Counted from the first letter of the whole stretch, positions 37,521 through 50,754 are shown. The stretch: DNA of 63,723 nucleotides, filler included, from Choristocarpus tenellus KU-1152 (GCA_964200185.2; 16 parts of 16 records of this genome joined end to end with filler, not necessarily neighbours in it), one strand, 5' to 3'. The notes: a model not told the origin generated them from the sequence alone. Numbers and translations are program-made.

Positions 37521-37535
37521 CTGCACTAAAACTGC

Positions 37536-37797
37536 GAACCAAAGTAAATGAGAGGTACTTAGGTTTTGGGCGTTTTGCATTGTAAGCCAGTCTTTTTCAC
37601 TCCTTTTCAATTCACCTATACTTCTATGGATGGAGTGCTTAGAATGACTTCAAGATTTTCTTTCTCTATTGCTCGAAACTTTTCGACATGATTCGGAGAA
37701 ATTCCTATCCGAATTTAGTAAAAAGTCGAATTTTGCACATACCTGTCAGCATCCTTAAAGTACAACTCTGAGTACCTGTCGTTTACTACTTTGGCTG
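37536..37797 (-). mobile_element. MITE family C copy; its end is re-duplicated at ~38070-38270
   Basis: GAACCAAAGTAAATGAGAGGTAC ... GTACCTGTCGTTTACTACTTTGG; homologous to 27470-27732. Confidence 0.75.
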
Positions 37798-37830
37798 CGT
37801 ACTACATGCAGGTAATACTTGGGTGCTGGA

Positions 37831-38069
37831 GAACGAAAGTATCTTAGAGGGTATGAGTTTTGCCCTGCTTGTCCGTTGGGGGTTGACTTCCCAGGTTTTT
37901 TTATGACATATTCGGAGTAGGTAAAATGTGTACGTTATGAAAATTTGTGTCTAGAATAAGGATATTGACACTTCCTAACAAACATGATAGACAAAATTGC
38001 ATCAAAATCGCAATATTGGGTTTTGTCCCCCAAACGGACTCGGCTCTACCCTCTAAGATACTTTCACTC
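37831..38069 (-). mobile_element. MITE family A, full copy
   Basis: TIRs GAACGAAAGTATCTTAGAGGGTA / TACCCTCTAAGATACTTTCACTC. Confidence 0.88.
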
Positions 38070-38489
38070 TGACAGCATCATTAAAATGCAAATTCCGAGT
38101 ACGCGTCTCGTTTGACTACTTTTGATTTGTACCCCCCAAGTTTGCACATAGCAGTCAGAGTCCTTAAAGTGCAATTCTGAGTACCTCTCGTTTACTACTT
38201 TGGCTGTGTGCTGCATGCTTGTAGTACTTGGATACTTGACATCCTTAAAATGCCATTACTACTTTGGATCTGTACTGCCCCCCCCGCCTATACTACATTG
38301 CATACTACACTGCCCATACTTCGACTCTGTACTACCNNNNNNNNNNNNNNNNNNNNNNNNNNNNNNNNNNNNNNNNNNNNTTAATTAATTAANNNNNNNN
38401 NNNNNNNNNNNNNNNNNNNNNNNNNNNNNNNNNNNNAAACTTTTTCTTTTTAAAAGAAAAAAAAAACCTAAAATACACCCCCCCGTGTA

Positions 38490-38542
38490 TATAACCCCCC
38501 GGTGTAAGCCCCCCCCCCCCCCCCCCCCAGATACTTTGGGTC
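38490..38542 (-). mobile_element. MITE family B terminus
   Basis: polyC-AGATACTTTGGGTC near the contig start. Confidence 0.7.
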
Positions 38543-39787
38543 TTGAAGACTACTATTTCAACATTAATGTATAAGGCAAAACATACCCATAGTAACTCTG
38601 GTAGTATAAGGTTTCTATAACGACTATTTTAGTCTCACCTTTGCATATCTGAAGACAGTCAGTCTCAGAGTATTGCTAATGCTAACTGTGAGGATGATTC
38701 CAACTGTGCTAAGTGAGTTGTACCATATGACTCTTCGATAAATCTCGACCGAGGTCTTGCTTACACCAAGGGATGATGATTGCACCACCAATGGCTTGGC
38801 AATAAGAACCAGGAGAGACAGGAGCTTGGACCATCAGGAGAGGAGCAAGAGGGCAGCACAGCGACTGGATGTTTTTTAATTTGCATAATGTAGGAAAAGC
38901 AGAGAGTAAGGACTTGGTTTACTTTTCAAAAATTATGTTGTGCTACTAATATGACCGACATACTCTTCAGGTTCATATCAGATAGAGTTGCAAACAATGA
39001 AGAATGTGCTCAAGACAAACCATACCAAACTGTGTCCAAGAAATAGAGGTACACGTTTTGTCTTGGAAGCTTGTGTGCACAAGTTGGGTTTGAGTTATTT
39101 TTGCGGAGAGCATATATATATATTTACATATCTATGCTTCAAATATATCATTTGACAACACGATCTTCTACACAAGCCTGATGTAGATGAAAAGGAGATC
39201 AAGCTGATGATGTGAGTGTAGGAAGAGGTGAGGTATATTAGTGTATGCCTCACTGTGAGTCAGTGCCTGCCGATTGTTTGTGGAATGCAACAACCCCTCT
39301 GACCATTTGTCGTTTGAGGCAGCTTCCTATATTGGAAGATATTTATCAACCTTTGTAGTAGATACGCTGAGCTTTCTCTCTCTCTCGCTCTTTATCTTTT
39401 ACTGCTTTCTAGATGCACTCTATAATTCTTGTATTTTTCTCAAGCATTGTGTATTGCTTTCCCTTCATTACCTCAAGTGGACCACGGACTCAAGACTCGT
39501 TGGTCTGAAGTGGATGAGATGGTGATATAAATATTCTCTGTGGACTATACAAAAACCATAGAATGTCTGAAGAGGTGAGTGGGAACGTTCACTGTCACAC
39601 ATCGTGTCCACCCAATTTCAACAATATTTATCACATCTGACATAAAGAAATATGAATGGCAGAACGATCTACCCCAAAAGGTAGCATTCAGCAGGTGGTT
39701 GTATGAGTGTATGTGTGTTTTGTTGGTCTAAGGTGTTGGTTTAGTATGACATATGCCAGTTATTCACAATTTCTCGTAACATGATCA

Positions 39788-40021
39788 TAATCCAATGTTG
39801 CAATTTTGTTGGATTTTGGCTATCGTGTTTGTTAGCAAGGTGTAAATATCCTTGCTCTGGACATATCTTTTATAGTTGTGCATATTTTACCTACTCCGAA
39901 ATGTATTGGAGTATGTAACTGAGTTCCCAGAAAACCGAAAAACGGGCATACAAAACCTGTGGGAAGCCAAGCCGAATGGACAAACAGGGATAAACTCCTA
40001 CCCTCCGAAATGCTTTGGATC
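39788..40021 (+). mobile_element. MITE family A, diverged copy lacking the left TIR
   Basis: Homologous to 52330-52546 (AATCCAATGTTGC..ATTTTACCTACTCCGAA..GTGGGAAGCCAAG..GGACAAACAGGG..TACCCTC). Confidence 0.8.
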
Positions 40022-40029
40022 TATGGTGA

Positions 40030-41320
40030 AAACAAACCCTTATACACTGGACCTTACTGACTGTCCCTGGTATACAATCGTGCAACAGGACCTCAAGTGT
40101 TTCAGCTTTGACCGTGTGAATCTTAACCTCAAGTGATACCCCTGTAGGTTTGTCATAGAGCACGTAACTGTACTTGCGAAAAACGACCCCAGACTTTTTG
40201 AATCAACCAATGGATCCTGGCAGTCGCACCAACATCATGACTGACAGTACCTCTCCAGTGTAAATAAACTTGGTAATCTGTTTATAGCGTTGTCCAAAGC
40301 CCACATCTGCATAATGTCTGCAGCCTTGGGGGGATGTTGAAGGCACATGGTCCATCTTTTGCTCCAACATTGTCAACCTGTAAGACCCAAGCATCTCAGA
40401 ATCGCTGTAATCATCTTGGTCGGAACTCTTTGGGCCTTGGTCACAATGCCCACATAATTTCAGCGTAGAGCACAACCCACAATCGCAACTGAAGTGCTAC
40501 CCCACTCCCTGTTCTCCTCCTCCTCGGACCTGGTTGCTGCTCACATCTCCCTCGATGACAACAAGGTCTTTGGAGATGACTGGATCAGGGTTGGACTCCT
40601 TAACTGGTGTGAATAGCACTGGAGTGGAGACAGGGTTGAAGAGGATAGGGGCTAGAACACATCTTTGACTAAAGAGCCTTGATCCTAAACAAGAAATGGA
40701 TGTATGGTCACATCCCACCATGCAGTTGCAAGGAGTATATTCTCCTAAATCCAGAAAAGCTTCCAGTTGTTGTGCAATATCCTTGAGAGCACTTTGCCAG
40801 GGTGTTTTGTAAAACGTAGGCTGCTTATCATTTGTGTCATTGACACAATACAGTGCTACCAGTTCATGCGGACTGTGGACTCACTCATCGGTACAGGTCG
40901 TCGCTCATATTTTCATTAATCGTACCTCATCATAGGATCATCAATTACCGTTACAACCCCATTATGCATACTAAGTATGGAACAGTCGACATCTGTCAAA
41001 CATACAAGCATAGTATGTACCATATGAGTTGTCCCAGATGTTAAATCAAGTTTGCTTCTGTGTTTTTTGATCTTCACAACAGAACCATCAGTTGTGCCTC
41101 ATATGCTGATTATTCTTTCCTCTCTTGTTGGTTTTGCCCCCACTTAGACCTCGAGTTCACTCTGCACTAAGTGTACCTGATACTCAACTGGATGCAATAC
41201 ATTCAGAGTTAATACATCCAAAAAGCCTTTCTTCACAAGGTGACAAGCCTCTACACAGAGCATGAATCTCTTCCTTTGAATGCACCATGAAATACTCAAC
41301 ATCACTCCACCGAATACCTC
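40030..41320 (-). pseudogene. Decayed coding remnant, possibly the C-terminal Cys-rich part of a Sola-like transposase
   Basis: Minus-strand frame contains HFSCDCGLCSTLKLCGHC (SCxCxxC motif); the frames are broken by stops. Confidence 0.28.
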
Positions 41321-41326
41321 TGACTT

Positions 41327-41505
41327 GGCTCAAAGTATTTTTTGGGGGGGGTGGCGGCTGTCCATTGGGGTCAATTTCTTCATGTCGCGATTTTTGGGTG
41401 CTTTGGTTGCATACGTCGGATGGACAATGTAAATGCACTTTTCCTGATTTTGCCTCAAATGGGCACCCTAGTGTAGCGCCCCCCCCCCCCCCACCCCCCC
41501 CCCAA
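41327..41505 (+). mobile_element. MITE family B, near-complete copy
   Basis: GGCTCAAAGTAT..polyG TGGCGGCTGTCCATTGGGGTCAA ... CAAATGGGCACCCTAGTGTAG-polyC. Confidence 0.8.
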
Positions 41506-42889
41506 CCACCCTCCCTTGCAGGTGCCCAGGACAACGCACCCCATCAGTTACNNNNNNNNNNNNNNNNNNNNNNNNNNNNNNNNNNNNNNNNNNNNTTAAT
41601 TAATTAANNNNNNNNNNNNNNNNNNNNNNNNNNNNNNNNNNNNNNNNNNNNTGATTGTTCCATTACTCCATAAATAATTTACCGTAACTGTCCGATAGAG
41701 TTGGAAGAGTCTAATCGAACAGGTAGGACCTCCATGTTACAAAACACTCCCACAGTTTACCATGAGTGGATATATATGTAGCTCCAATTCACAAGCCGGT
41801 AGCCTGATGATGAGGCTCACAGACAACAGAATATTCTAAAACATGCTGGATTTCCCACTTTGACTGTTCACTTTACGATTTGATTGAGATGTAGAAGAAA
41901 CTTAGACAGCATAACATGGGGAATGACCAAAAAAAAATTGCCAAGAAGCAAAACATATAAAATCTAGTATGTCAAGCTCACGATGGAGTTTGCGAAACCA
42001 CCATTAAGGGACATCACTTGTGACAGAACCACTACTGTCGGATTAGGCCTGGTTACAAATTGATCTATCCCCTCTGTACCATCCTAGCATCGTGCTCAGT
42101 CCTTAACTATGACTCTCATTCCAGATCGCCCCAGGTACCACCCTACAAGATATCCGACTCTGTCAGTTTCATCACCCATGAGCAGTTTCCACAGTGTAAG
42201 TAGATAGTCTTAAACACCCTCTACCATTATCATGCCCGACCATGCCAATATCCCCCCAATACCTAGGATGCTTGCCCATATTGTTTTTGACTGCTTAGCA
42301 TGCGTCTATCCCCTTACTACCAGACACTCCCGTTCACCCCTGCAGGAAAGATTGGTTGGGAGTTGCGTTGGTCCTGCCCCCCTTTGTCTTCTACCCTTGT
42401 GTTCGCCTTTGACCTTTTATTCTGTCCATTTCCCCCCACATCCCCTTCCATCCACTCATTTTCTATTAACATCTTGGATACCCAGTCTTCTTCACACAAT
42501 CCACAAATTAACCCTTTCGTCTATCCTCCCCGCCTTCTCTTTCTCTTACCGCTGTCACTTAAAAAAAATAATTACACAAGAAATTCTCACCGTCACAAAA
42601 ATCATACTACTATAAAAACTTCATGTGTGTTCGTTCTTCTTCCAAATAATATGAAGATAGAGGTATACCTCAACAGTGTACGTAACAACATCAATTCAAC
42701 CTTCTCCTATGCACCTTACGCGCAAGAGATATACATCACAGGTTGGCCAGTATACAATTGCAGCACCCTTCTTGCCTCCTCTGTGAGGTAGAAATTCGAT
42801 GCCGTGGAGTAAATTCCGGGCTTCTGAATTGCCAATATCGAGTTTGTAGCTCTTAAAGACCTGTTGAGGTTTCGGAGTCGAAGTGGAAG

Positions 42890-43986
42890 ATGACCGCCAC
42901 CCCCAGTACCAGTGGAAAAGCCCATCTGCAGGCCACGCCCGAGCAGATCGCTGAACTTCGGGAGCGACTAAATGTACTCGAGGCCCAAGTTTCGACCAAC
43001 TTACTCAGACACAGGATTTATCTGACGGACAGGGTATTGCATCGATTCCTCACTTCACGGAATGGCAATGTGAATCATACCCTCGACATGCTTCTTGCTC
43101 ACCTGGTGCGGATGGTTTTCGTTGTTCTTGGCAGTTCATTTGTGCTCGTTCCAGCGTGACCTTTTAGCTTTGAATTGTTCATTGTGGGTATCGAAATATT
43201 ACGGAAAGTCGCCCCTCCAATGACAACAAGTCCAACCAACCAACTCTATTGCCTAGTAGATATGCACAGACAGGCATAGAGACAGAGAGAAAAATACATA
43301 GAGGGATGAAGGGCTGATAGAAACATTTCATTCTTAAGAAGTGAATATGCTTCACCCCTTAAATTCTCATTTTGCCCAACCTTTGCATCTGTAAGTCGAA
43401 ATCCTTTAGATATCGCCAAGACGAACTTCCCACTGCTCGATGCCACCTGCACTAGTCTGTCTTAACACCCCCTCCCGGAACTCAATGCGTTTGATACTCG
43501 AACCATTCCTCAGGACTGGCGAATCGAATATAATATCGAGAATATCCTGGAGGAGAACTTATCAACCCCACAGTTGGAGCGCTTACTCTTCTGGTGCGGC
43601 TTCGACCTTGATGGGCACCCTTGCATTGTTGTTCGCCCTTGTGAGCACAACCCCAATGCCGAGAGCCCGGAAAAAATGGTGAGGAGAGGAAGTGGAACAA
43701 TATGCTTAGGATGTTTGAACAGCTATGCTGGCATAGGTATTGCAGAATGAGTTGTGTGCGGCACTCGGAAGATCATGTATAATGGCGAGTCTATCGCTTG
43801 CTTGAGACCCTAACTACTACTTGCATGGATGCACTTGTCGGGGTGATTTTGTGTACTTCATCCCATTGGCAGATCCGCTTCTTTTGCCAGCTCTTGGAAA
43901 AATGCTTCCATGATTTTGCCCCTGCAATCAAGTTTTGCCTCATACTGGACTGCCGTGGGGTGGGAAGAAAGAACATCAATTGGAAG
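42890..43986 (+). CDS. CRAL-TRIO (Sec14-like) lipid-binding protein, exons 1-3 (3' partial)
   Basis: Phase-0 GT-AG exons 42890-43105, 43514-43678 and 43873-43986 give MTATP...TDRVLHRFLTSRNGNVNHTLDMLLAHL-DWRIEYNI...FWCGFDLDGHPCIVVRP...-IRFFCQLLEK...FCLILDCRGVGRKNINWK, matching CRAL_TRIO_N and CRAL-TRIO patterns. Confidence 0.88.
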
Positions 43987-45373
43987 GTAAACGATCTGTC
44001 AATGCACCCATAATGCCTCCATGCAGCGACCTTGCGAGTTAGTTGAGATTCAGATTTGTCTGTGTCCATGCTGTGAAGAACTCACCATTAGGCTTCAAGG
44101 TAACCTCATGGTAAGGTTTGTTGTTATGTGAGTGAAGACTGCAACTCTTTCCTGTGATATTATATATTTTTTAAATCTCCTACTGAAGTAGTTTGTAAAT
44201 TTAGGTTTGACCAGGGTTGGACAACTGCAGCACCCGGACTAACAGGTACCGATATTCAATCCAACATGTGGTGGGTATAGCTTGGCCGCAGCAGATTTTG
44301 AAAAAGGCTCTGGGTACCCTGGGTAGCCTGGGATCCTGTGTGTGATCATCTGTGATGGTGCCTGTTCTGTTGGCAGTTACACACACAAGTATATGTTTAT
44401 TTTTTCCACACAGTTGTACGTCTATTTGATCCCTGGGTAAATCTTGGGGGCAAATGTAAGGCTCCCAATCTACGCAAATTGAAATTCTCTCAAGATATCT
44501 ACTGCAGGTACAGGTCATTCATCCTATGAGCACAGATTGAATTTTCGCCTTGTGCCTATTCTCGATCAACGCCTTTCCTGCACATAGATAGCTCTGATTC
44601 AATCCGTCTTGTTTAGGCAGAAAACGCACGCACATACCTACCTAGCACCCATTTGCTCTTCACTGTGCCTATTTGCCCGAGCACAAGAAAGACTGATAGG
44701 TTAATTGGGTCAGTGGTAATGAGGTCAAAGATGAGTGGGGCGTGCACCTGTTTCTTCACCGCTGGCAATCTAGAGCTGTCGTGTCAGTGTGTATTTTCAC
44801 GTATACGATTTCCCCTCTGCAGTGCACTCCTACACATCTGTTGCTCCAAGTATCGGGGAGCTTCAATCGATGACACTGGAAGGTTTTTTCTTTTTTCTTA
44901 TTTTCCTATTTTCTGAGGGGTTGGGCTTGGTGCGCTTGTAAAAAGCTACTGCAATCGTCGTTTGTGCAGTAGCTGCACGTGGACCTCTACGCTAGAATCG
45001 ATTACCTTCTGTTTTGTCCCTTGTTAGGGCAGAAGACAGCAAACTTCTCAGAGTGCAACAGCCCCCCGTCCGTCCGTCCATCCGTCCGTCCGGGGCCAAG
45101 ATTTTTTTTTCTTTTTCTTTTGTGTGTGTGTATATCCCGAGATACCAGGGCGAAGGAGCGACGGTCACGCCGAGGCATGTGTTGGGTGCTCTCTCCGTGT
45201 GTGTGTGTGCAAGGGGGCTCACTCACTCTCTTGCCGAGAATTTATTTTGTGTGTGCCTACTACGATCGGTCTCCTGTCTGTACAATGCACAATTTTTGGT
45301 ACTCTTTTGAAGAGTCTAAACACTTTTGAGATTGTTTGCGGTGCTGGTTGTGTGGATCAGTGTTTTAGTTAGA

Positions 45374-45375
<2 letters not shown>

Positions 45376-45442
<67 letters not shown>
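45376..45442 (+). repeat. (CA)n(TA)n microsatellite
   Basis: Direct inspection of the sequence. Confidence 0.95.
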
Positions 45443-45443
<1 letters not shown>

Positions 45444-46404
45444 ACTCCGTGGGCCTCGGGTCTAGTCCCAAACTTGTGGAATTTCGTCAAGAAAAAGATA
45501 ACGGACGTCGGTGGGGCAGGGTATTGCGATATGTATATAAATATATACATATATATACATATATTTTACCCTGAATAATGGTAGAAGCAGTTCTGCATGT
45601 ATTGTCGATATATTCTTTTCTTGTTCATTCTGGGTCAGTTAAGTAAAATCGAAAACCTGTTTAAAACGTTGCTATGGGTCCTATCAAAGTTTGTGTTTCA
45701 ACTGGACTTCTTCTTGGGGCTCACATCCTTCTTAGCTGTGCAAGTAGCGTACATAGTAGGATGATCTGTGCCAAGTATCATGCATGTTGGCATATCGCAT
45801 AGGTATAACCAAGCACAAATAAGCTTGAACTGTGTGAATGAGTGGTAGTGTGGAACCAGTTATCTCTCTGGAGCACTAGTTGAACTTATGTTTCTCATGG
45901 ATTGTTCAAGTTGGTCTGCTGCATGCTCATCACGGCAGCTCTCTTTTTCTTCACTGTGGCTTCCCCCCTCCCCCCCCCCCTGCCCATGCTTCATCACTTT
46001 TTTGTTCCACTTGATTGCTCCGCTCAACAGAAAAAAGTGGGACCCCACCTCTTTGCCAATGAAACGACCCCCACCCCTATCCACCTGCCGCAATTGTTTC
46101 CTTCCAACATGGACAGCACTCTGTTGTTTGTACTGTGCTTGTTTTGTGGAGTCACCCTATGCTATGTCCTGTCTGAGCTTATTTCATATCATAGTATACT
46201 ACTTCTGGAAGGTGTCTTCTGTGCTAGTAGAGCTGTTGCATCGTCTACTCCTGAGCCCTCCTCCTGTCAAAAGCTGTACCCCTCCATGACAGCGTGTTTA
46301 AACTTATGGTAGAGGCAGTTGCACAAGATCATGGTGGCACAGTTGGTGTAATGTACTGTGGTGATAAGGACATAATTTGGACAGTTTTGAATGACTATTT
46401 TTCT

Positions 46405-46442
<38 letters not shown>

Positions 46443-46589
46443 GGGGGGGGGGGGTGAGGGGGGGGGGGGGCGACGGATATAAAAAAAAANNNNNNNNNNN
46501 NNNNNNNNNNNNNNNNNNNNNNNNNNNNNNNNNTTAATTAATTAANNNNNNNNNNNNNNNNNNNNNNNNNNNNNNNNNNNNNNNNNNNN

Positions 46590-46612
46590 CCCCCCCCGAG
46601 ATACTTTGACCC
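46590..46612 (-). mobile_element. MITE family B-type terminus
   Basis: polyC-GAGATACTTTGACCC at the contig start. Confidence 0.65.
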
Positions 46613-47359
46613 TAACCATATCTTTTTATTCAACTTTCCATCTTCACTCCTTCTATCCTTGTGATGCAGAACACTCCACTTGAAAACGTTTTCAAACAAC
46701 ACACAACAACATTTGTAAATACGCGCAAGAAGATAGAGACCGAAGAGGTAGACGTTTCTGGGTCAAGAAAATGACGTTTTGCCGCGTAGATGGTACATAG
46801 TAAACATCAAAATCGCCCTCCAGAGTATAAAAAGCACAGGTACCACAGGACAGTCACAGAGGCCCCTTAGACTCAATGGCACCCTCCTCGAGGATACTAT
46901 GCATACACAAATTCCAATAGTATGAGGTACGTTGTATGGAGATTTTGACTCTACATGCCACGAATTACGCCCTCCACCCTTCCCTTCGAAGAGCTGACCA
47001 ACGGGACGTCTCTTCGCACAGTTTGAATATACTTAGTTAGGTGGAGTCGGGATTGAAAGGTTCTACATGCCCCATGAGGATTTCATCAATCACCATTCCA
47101 CACGCCCATTCCTCCTCTTCCTGAGGAAAACAATGCTTCAGTAAAGTGGGTAGGATTGCCCCAATTCTGTGACCTTGATGATTAATCTGGGTTCTTGTAC
47201 CCACCCGTTTGAATCGTGATGACATGTACTGAGGAATGTTTTTTTTATCATCCTAGCATATGCCCAAAGGGGAAGGATATAATGACACAACAGACGAAAA
47301 AAACACGTACTATTTTTCTACTTTTAACGTTAGTTGTGACTTTGGTTTTCTTCAAACAC

Positions 47360-47632
47360 GTGCCATATATATCCTAGAGGGGGGTTCAGGCGTCCATTCG
47401 GGACCCGTGTGACCCGGTAGTGATTTCATGTCATACGAGTGAACGTGTCAGATGTAAGGACAAGCTTCCTTTGCCTGAACGCACCTTCCTTTTCCATCCC
47501 CATGCCTAGACCAATTCCGAAAGTACTTCACCCCCAAAACGGACATCAAACTGGGGTACCTTACATGACCTCATCAAACCTGGAATGGGCCACTAGGACT
47601 TAATATCCCCCCCTTCTAGGATACTATGGGCC
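47360..47632 (+). mobile_element. MITE family E (variant TIR CCATAGTATCCTAGAGGGGG)
   Basis: GCCATATATATCCTAGAGGGGGG..GCGTCCATTCGGG at the left and CCCCCCTTCTAGGATACTATGGGCC at the right. Confidence 0.6.
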
Positions 47633-48113
47633 TATGCTTGTTTGAGCTCCTTCATCTTACCATGGTGAAGCGACCCTCAACGGTTTGTGCTTAACTAAAA
47701 CAACTGGATGAGAAACGATAGGGATTCTTTTTTAAGCATCATCATTTGGGATCTTCTACACATGCCATAGAATTAAATTGATGAACCAATTATATTATTT
47801 CATGATGATCCTTTTGTCAAGGACCTTTTTTGAGAGCTGGCAGGATTGATCACTTGCACCTTTCTTGTTACACATCTAGAATGCTCTGGGTGGGATCTCG
47901 AATGATGGTAAGAGATTCGTGTAAATGTGTGCCGGGGGAGAGGAAATACGCAGAGTTGCATATAGCCATGCGCGATATAGGTGGGAAAGCTTTGTACTGC
48001 ATTCTGCTCTTTTGAGAGGGAGTGGTATGGCCATGCTGTTGGTTGCATTAAATAGGTTATATTTAAATTAATTTATGTAAATATATTCATTCTCGTTTAG
48101 AAGAGGGTTGTAG

Positions 48114-48114
<1 letters not shown>

Positions 48115-48174
<60 letters not shown>

Positions 48175-48187
48175 CGCGTGCGTGTGT
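48115..48187 (+). repeat. (TG)n(CG)n microsatellite
   Basis: Direct inspection of the sequence. Confidence 0.95.
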
Positions 48188-48557
48188 AACATATTGGTGT
48201 AGTAGATGGAACAAGTCGTCCAGTAAAGCAGAGAAAAGACATACTTCGGAGTATTATCTTTTCAGTGAAAATAACCCAAATAAACTCGGCATAGTCCACG
48301 AAATAATCTTGCAATTTGGACAGTCTGGGTGGGTTAAGGGTGTGATTGGCTTAATAGTAATAATCCCAGTTGTTCCCGAAGCCCAGCGTTGGTTTTCAAT
48401 ACTCTTATAAGAGGGGGGGTCTGCGTTTAGATTTATACATCAATACAAAGTAGATTTCTAGAACAATGCCTCTTGACTGGAGAGCCCAGCTCATCATCTG
48501 CTCCTCTCAAAAGTTATAGCTATCATGACTATGCGTAGACAAAGATGTATTATTATA

Positions 48558-49165
48558 CTCCCTCTGTTCCATAAGTCTGGGCCATTATGTTTTTTGTGAC
48601 TAACTTTTCAAATGTGAGATTCAGAAATAACAAATAATATAATTCGAAAGCCAATAACTCAGACTTGCACATAGATATCTTCAAAATATCTATGTGCATT
48701 TCGAAATGGTGGAGAAACAACCCCTACTCGTCACTCTCATTCTCTCCCTCAATCCAGCAAGTGGTTGCCACGTTGTATACATCTCTGTCAATGGGGATCA
48801 AGTGATCCAGAACGCCCTTAGGAGAAAATGAGAGTGACGAGTAATTGATTTAATGGAAAAATCACCATGGAATCCAACGCAACAAACGTCGTCTTCATCG
48901 GAGGTCTCGTTGAGACGTTATGGCCGATTAACTATCCTTTCTAGCCATTTTGGGGCGGTTTTGCTAACCTGCCATTTCCAAAAAAAGTTTGTGTTGAGAG
49001 GGCAGTTTCTCAACCATTTCGAAATGACAAAATATTTTGAAGATATCTATGCGCAAGTCAATGTTGTTGGCTATCGACCGATATTATTTGTAGTTTCTGA
49101 ATCTCACATCTAAAAAAAGTTACTAACAAAAACCGTAACTATACAGACTTACGAGGCAGAGGGAG
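48558..49165. mobile_element. Stowaway-like (Tc1/mariner) MITE with ~165-bp TIRs and TA TSD
   Basis: TA|CTCCCTCTGTTCCATAAGTCTG ... CAGACTTACGAGGCAGAGGGAG|TA. The arms pair over ~165 bp (e.g. ATAGATATCTTCAAAATAT / ATATTTTGAAGATATCTAT). Confidence 0.88.
48727..48841. mobile_element. 115-bp mini-MITE with 21-bp TIRs and TA flanks, inside the Stowaway-like element
   Basis: TA|CTCGTCACTCTCATTCTCTCC ... GGAGAAAATGAGAGTGACGAG|TA. Confidence 0.75.
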
Positions 49166-49674
49166 TATGTACGCATCACCTGTTTCTGCTAAGTAATGAA
49201 TTTTGAAGTTCTACCTCTGTCAGATAAGTTTGTACCGCGAAACATCTGGGCTTGCTGAGCGAGAACGGCGCCGAATCGGATGATAATCCCACATAATGAA
49301 ATCGGGTGGACAATCCCAACTTTCAGAAAAGGTGGAGGTGGAGGATCATCAGGTACAGACTCGAGGTGCTTCAAGCCGTCAAAGTAGGGGTCTCTTGGGG
49401 TGATTTAGAGCCCAGAACTGGGCACGTCGAGGGTCAGAACGTTGGTATGGTAACCCCTGTTGACTCCCCCGTATAGGAAGGGGGCCAAAATGTCCCTGAA
49501 TACCAGGGCTGTACTTGCAGTGCGGCACGCCCTTGCGATNNNNNNNNNNNNNNNNNNNNNNNNNNNNNNNNNNNNNNNNNNNNTTAATTAATTAANNNNN
49601 NNNNNNNNNNNNNNNNNNNNNNNNNNNNNNNNNNNNNNNAGCAGGAAGAGTGAGGGAAGGGGGATTTGGAGGGC

Positions 49675-49763
49675 ACTCCAAATCACCCAATCTTACTTCA
49701 ACGTGAAATGAAAAAATTGACCTCAAATGGACAGTCGCCACCCCCTCCCAGATACTTTGAGCC
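49675..49763 (-). mobile_element. MITE family B, partial
   Basis: TTGACCTCAAATGGACAGTCGCCACCCCCTCCCAGATACTTTGAGCC. Confidence 0.8.
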
Positions 49764-49799
49764 AGTACGGAGACCAATCTGAATAAACTGCTGTCTGGA

Positions 49800-50260
49800 C
49801 GGGGAGAGAAGGACGATCATTGGAGACCAGGTCCACTTGGAGACTGTAGTTGATAAACCACGCTGGGGGAAGTGGATTGTACAAGATCACAATGAGGGAC
49901 TACGAAATCCTGGGACTCCAACGACCACATCAGAGGCGGCAGTGCGCACAGCACATGCCACCCACATGAAGAACAACAAGTCATTATGTTTCCTGCTTAT
50001 CCAAGCAAAAACGGGGTCAGCATCAACAATTGTAGACAGATTGAAAACGAGGGTCAGCCGCACAGCAGAGGGGCTTGGTCAGAAGTAGAAAGGGTCTACG
50101 GAGGATGCGCAGAGGACAAAATCCCCTTGCCGCACATTACGCTGGATGCAAAACTTGAAGAATTCTGTTGCGCTGCTTCACAGGACAGCACATATTTTGT
50201 TATCAACTCCAGCAGTTATTTGCTTAATTCGAGCAATTATGACGGCAGTCACTTGGACCT
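49800..50260 (+). mobile_element. Ty1/copia gag remnant
   Basis: NKSLCFLLIQAKTGSASTIV and RGAWSEVERVYGG resemble copia gag (A-W-x-x-L-x-x-x-Y); frameshifted. Confidence 0.5.
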
Positions 50261-50754
50261 TGTCCTTCCTCACACTCAATCCTGTACTAGGTGTGCCTCT
50301 CCCTGGCTTGCCTGTCTTCTCCCCAAACTTAGGCTTCCCCTCTTGGTGTTTTCCACCAGGTTCGCCTTCCTTGGTTCGTTTCGTTTCGTATGCCTGGTCC
50401 TTCTCAAGTGTGCAATTTACCTTGGGAGGTAATGCTATTTATCAGTAGTGGGGACAAGAAGGTGTGAAGCCTCGCACGATCCCCTTTGCTGAACGTGGAA
50501 AGAAAGGAAGGACGTAGAAGAGTGACCTTTGTGGTGTGTCTTCTCATTGCTTGTTTTATTATTATTTGTGTCTCATACATAAGTCAACGGTTATTTCAAA
50601 GTAGCTGAATGCAGAAAAAAAAACATAATTCCCATTCATAATCCGGATGTACTATCTCATTAGTTACATCTCTTGTACACAAAATAAGGTACACCTCACT
50701 ATTGTCCCATATTGCACACTTCCCCATGACAGTGGAAGTAAAACGAAGACAGAT

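Noticed and set aside
46404-46489. Long poly-G tract as a functional G-quadruplex
   Set aside because: It lies at a contig end with low-quality-looking homopolymer sequence; likely a sequencing artefact or MITE poly-G.
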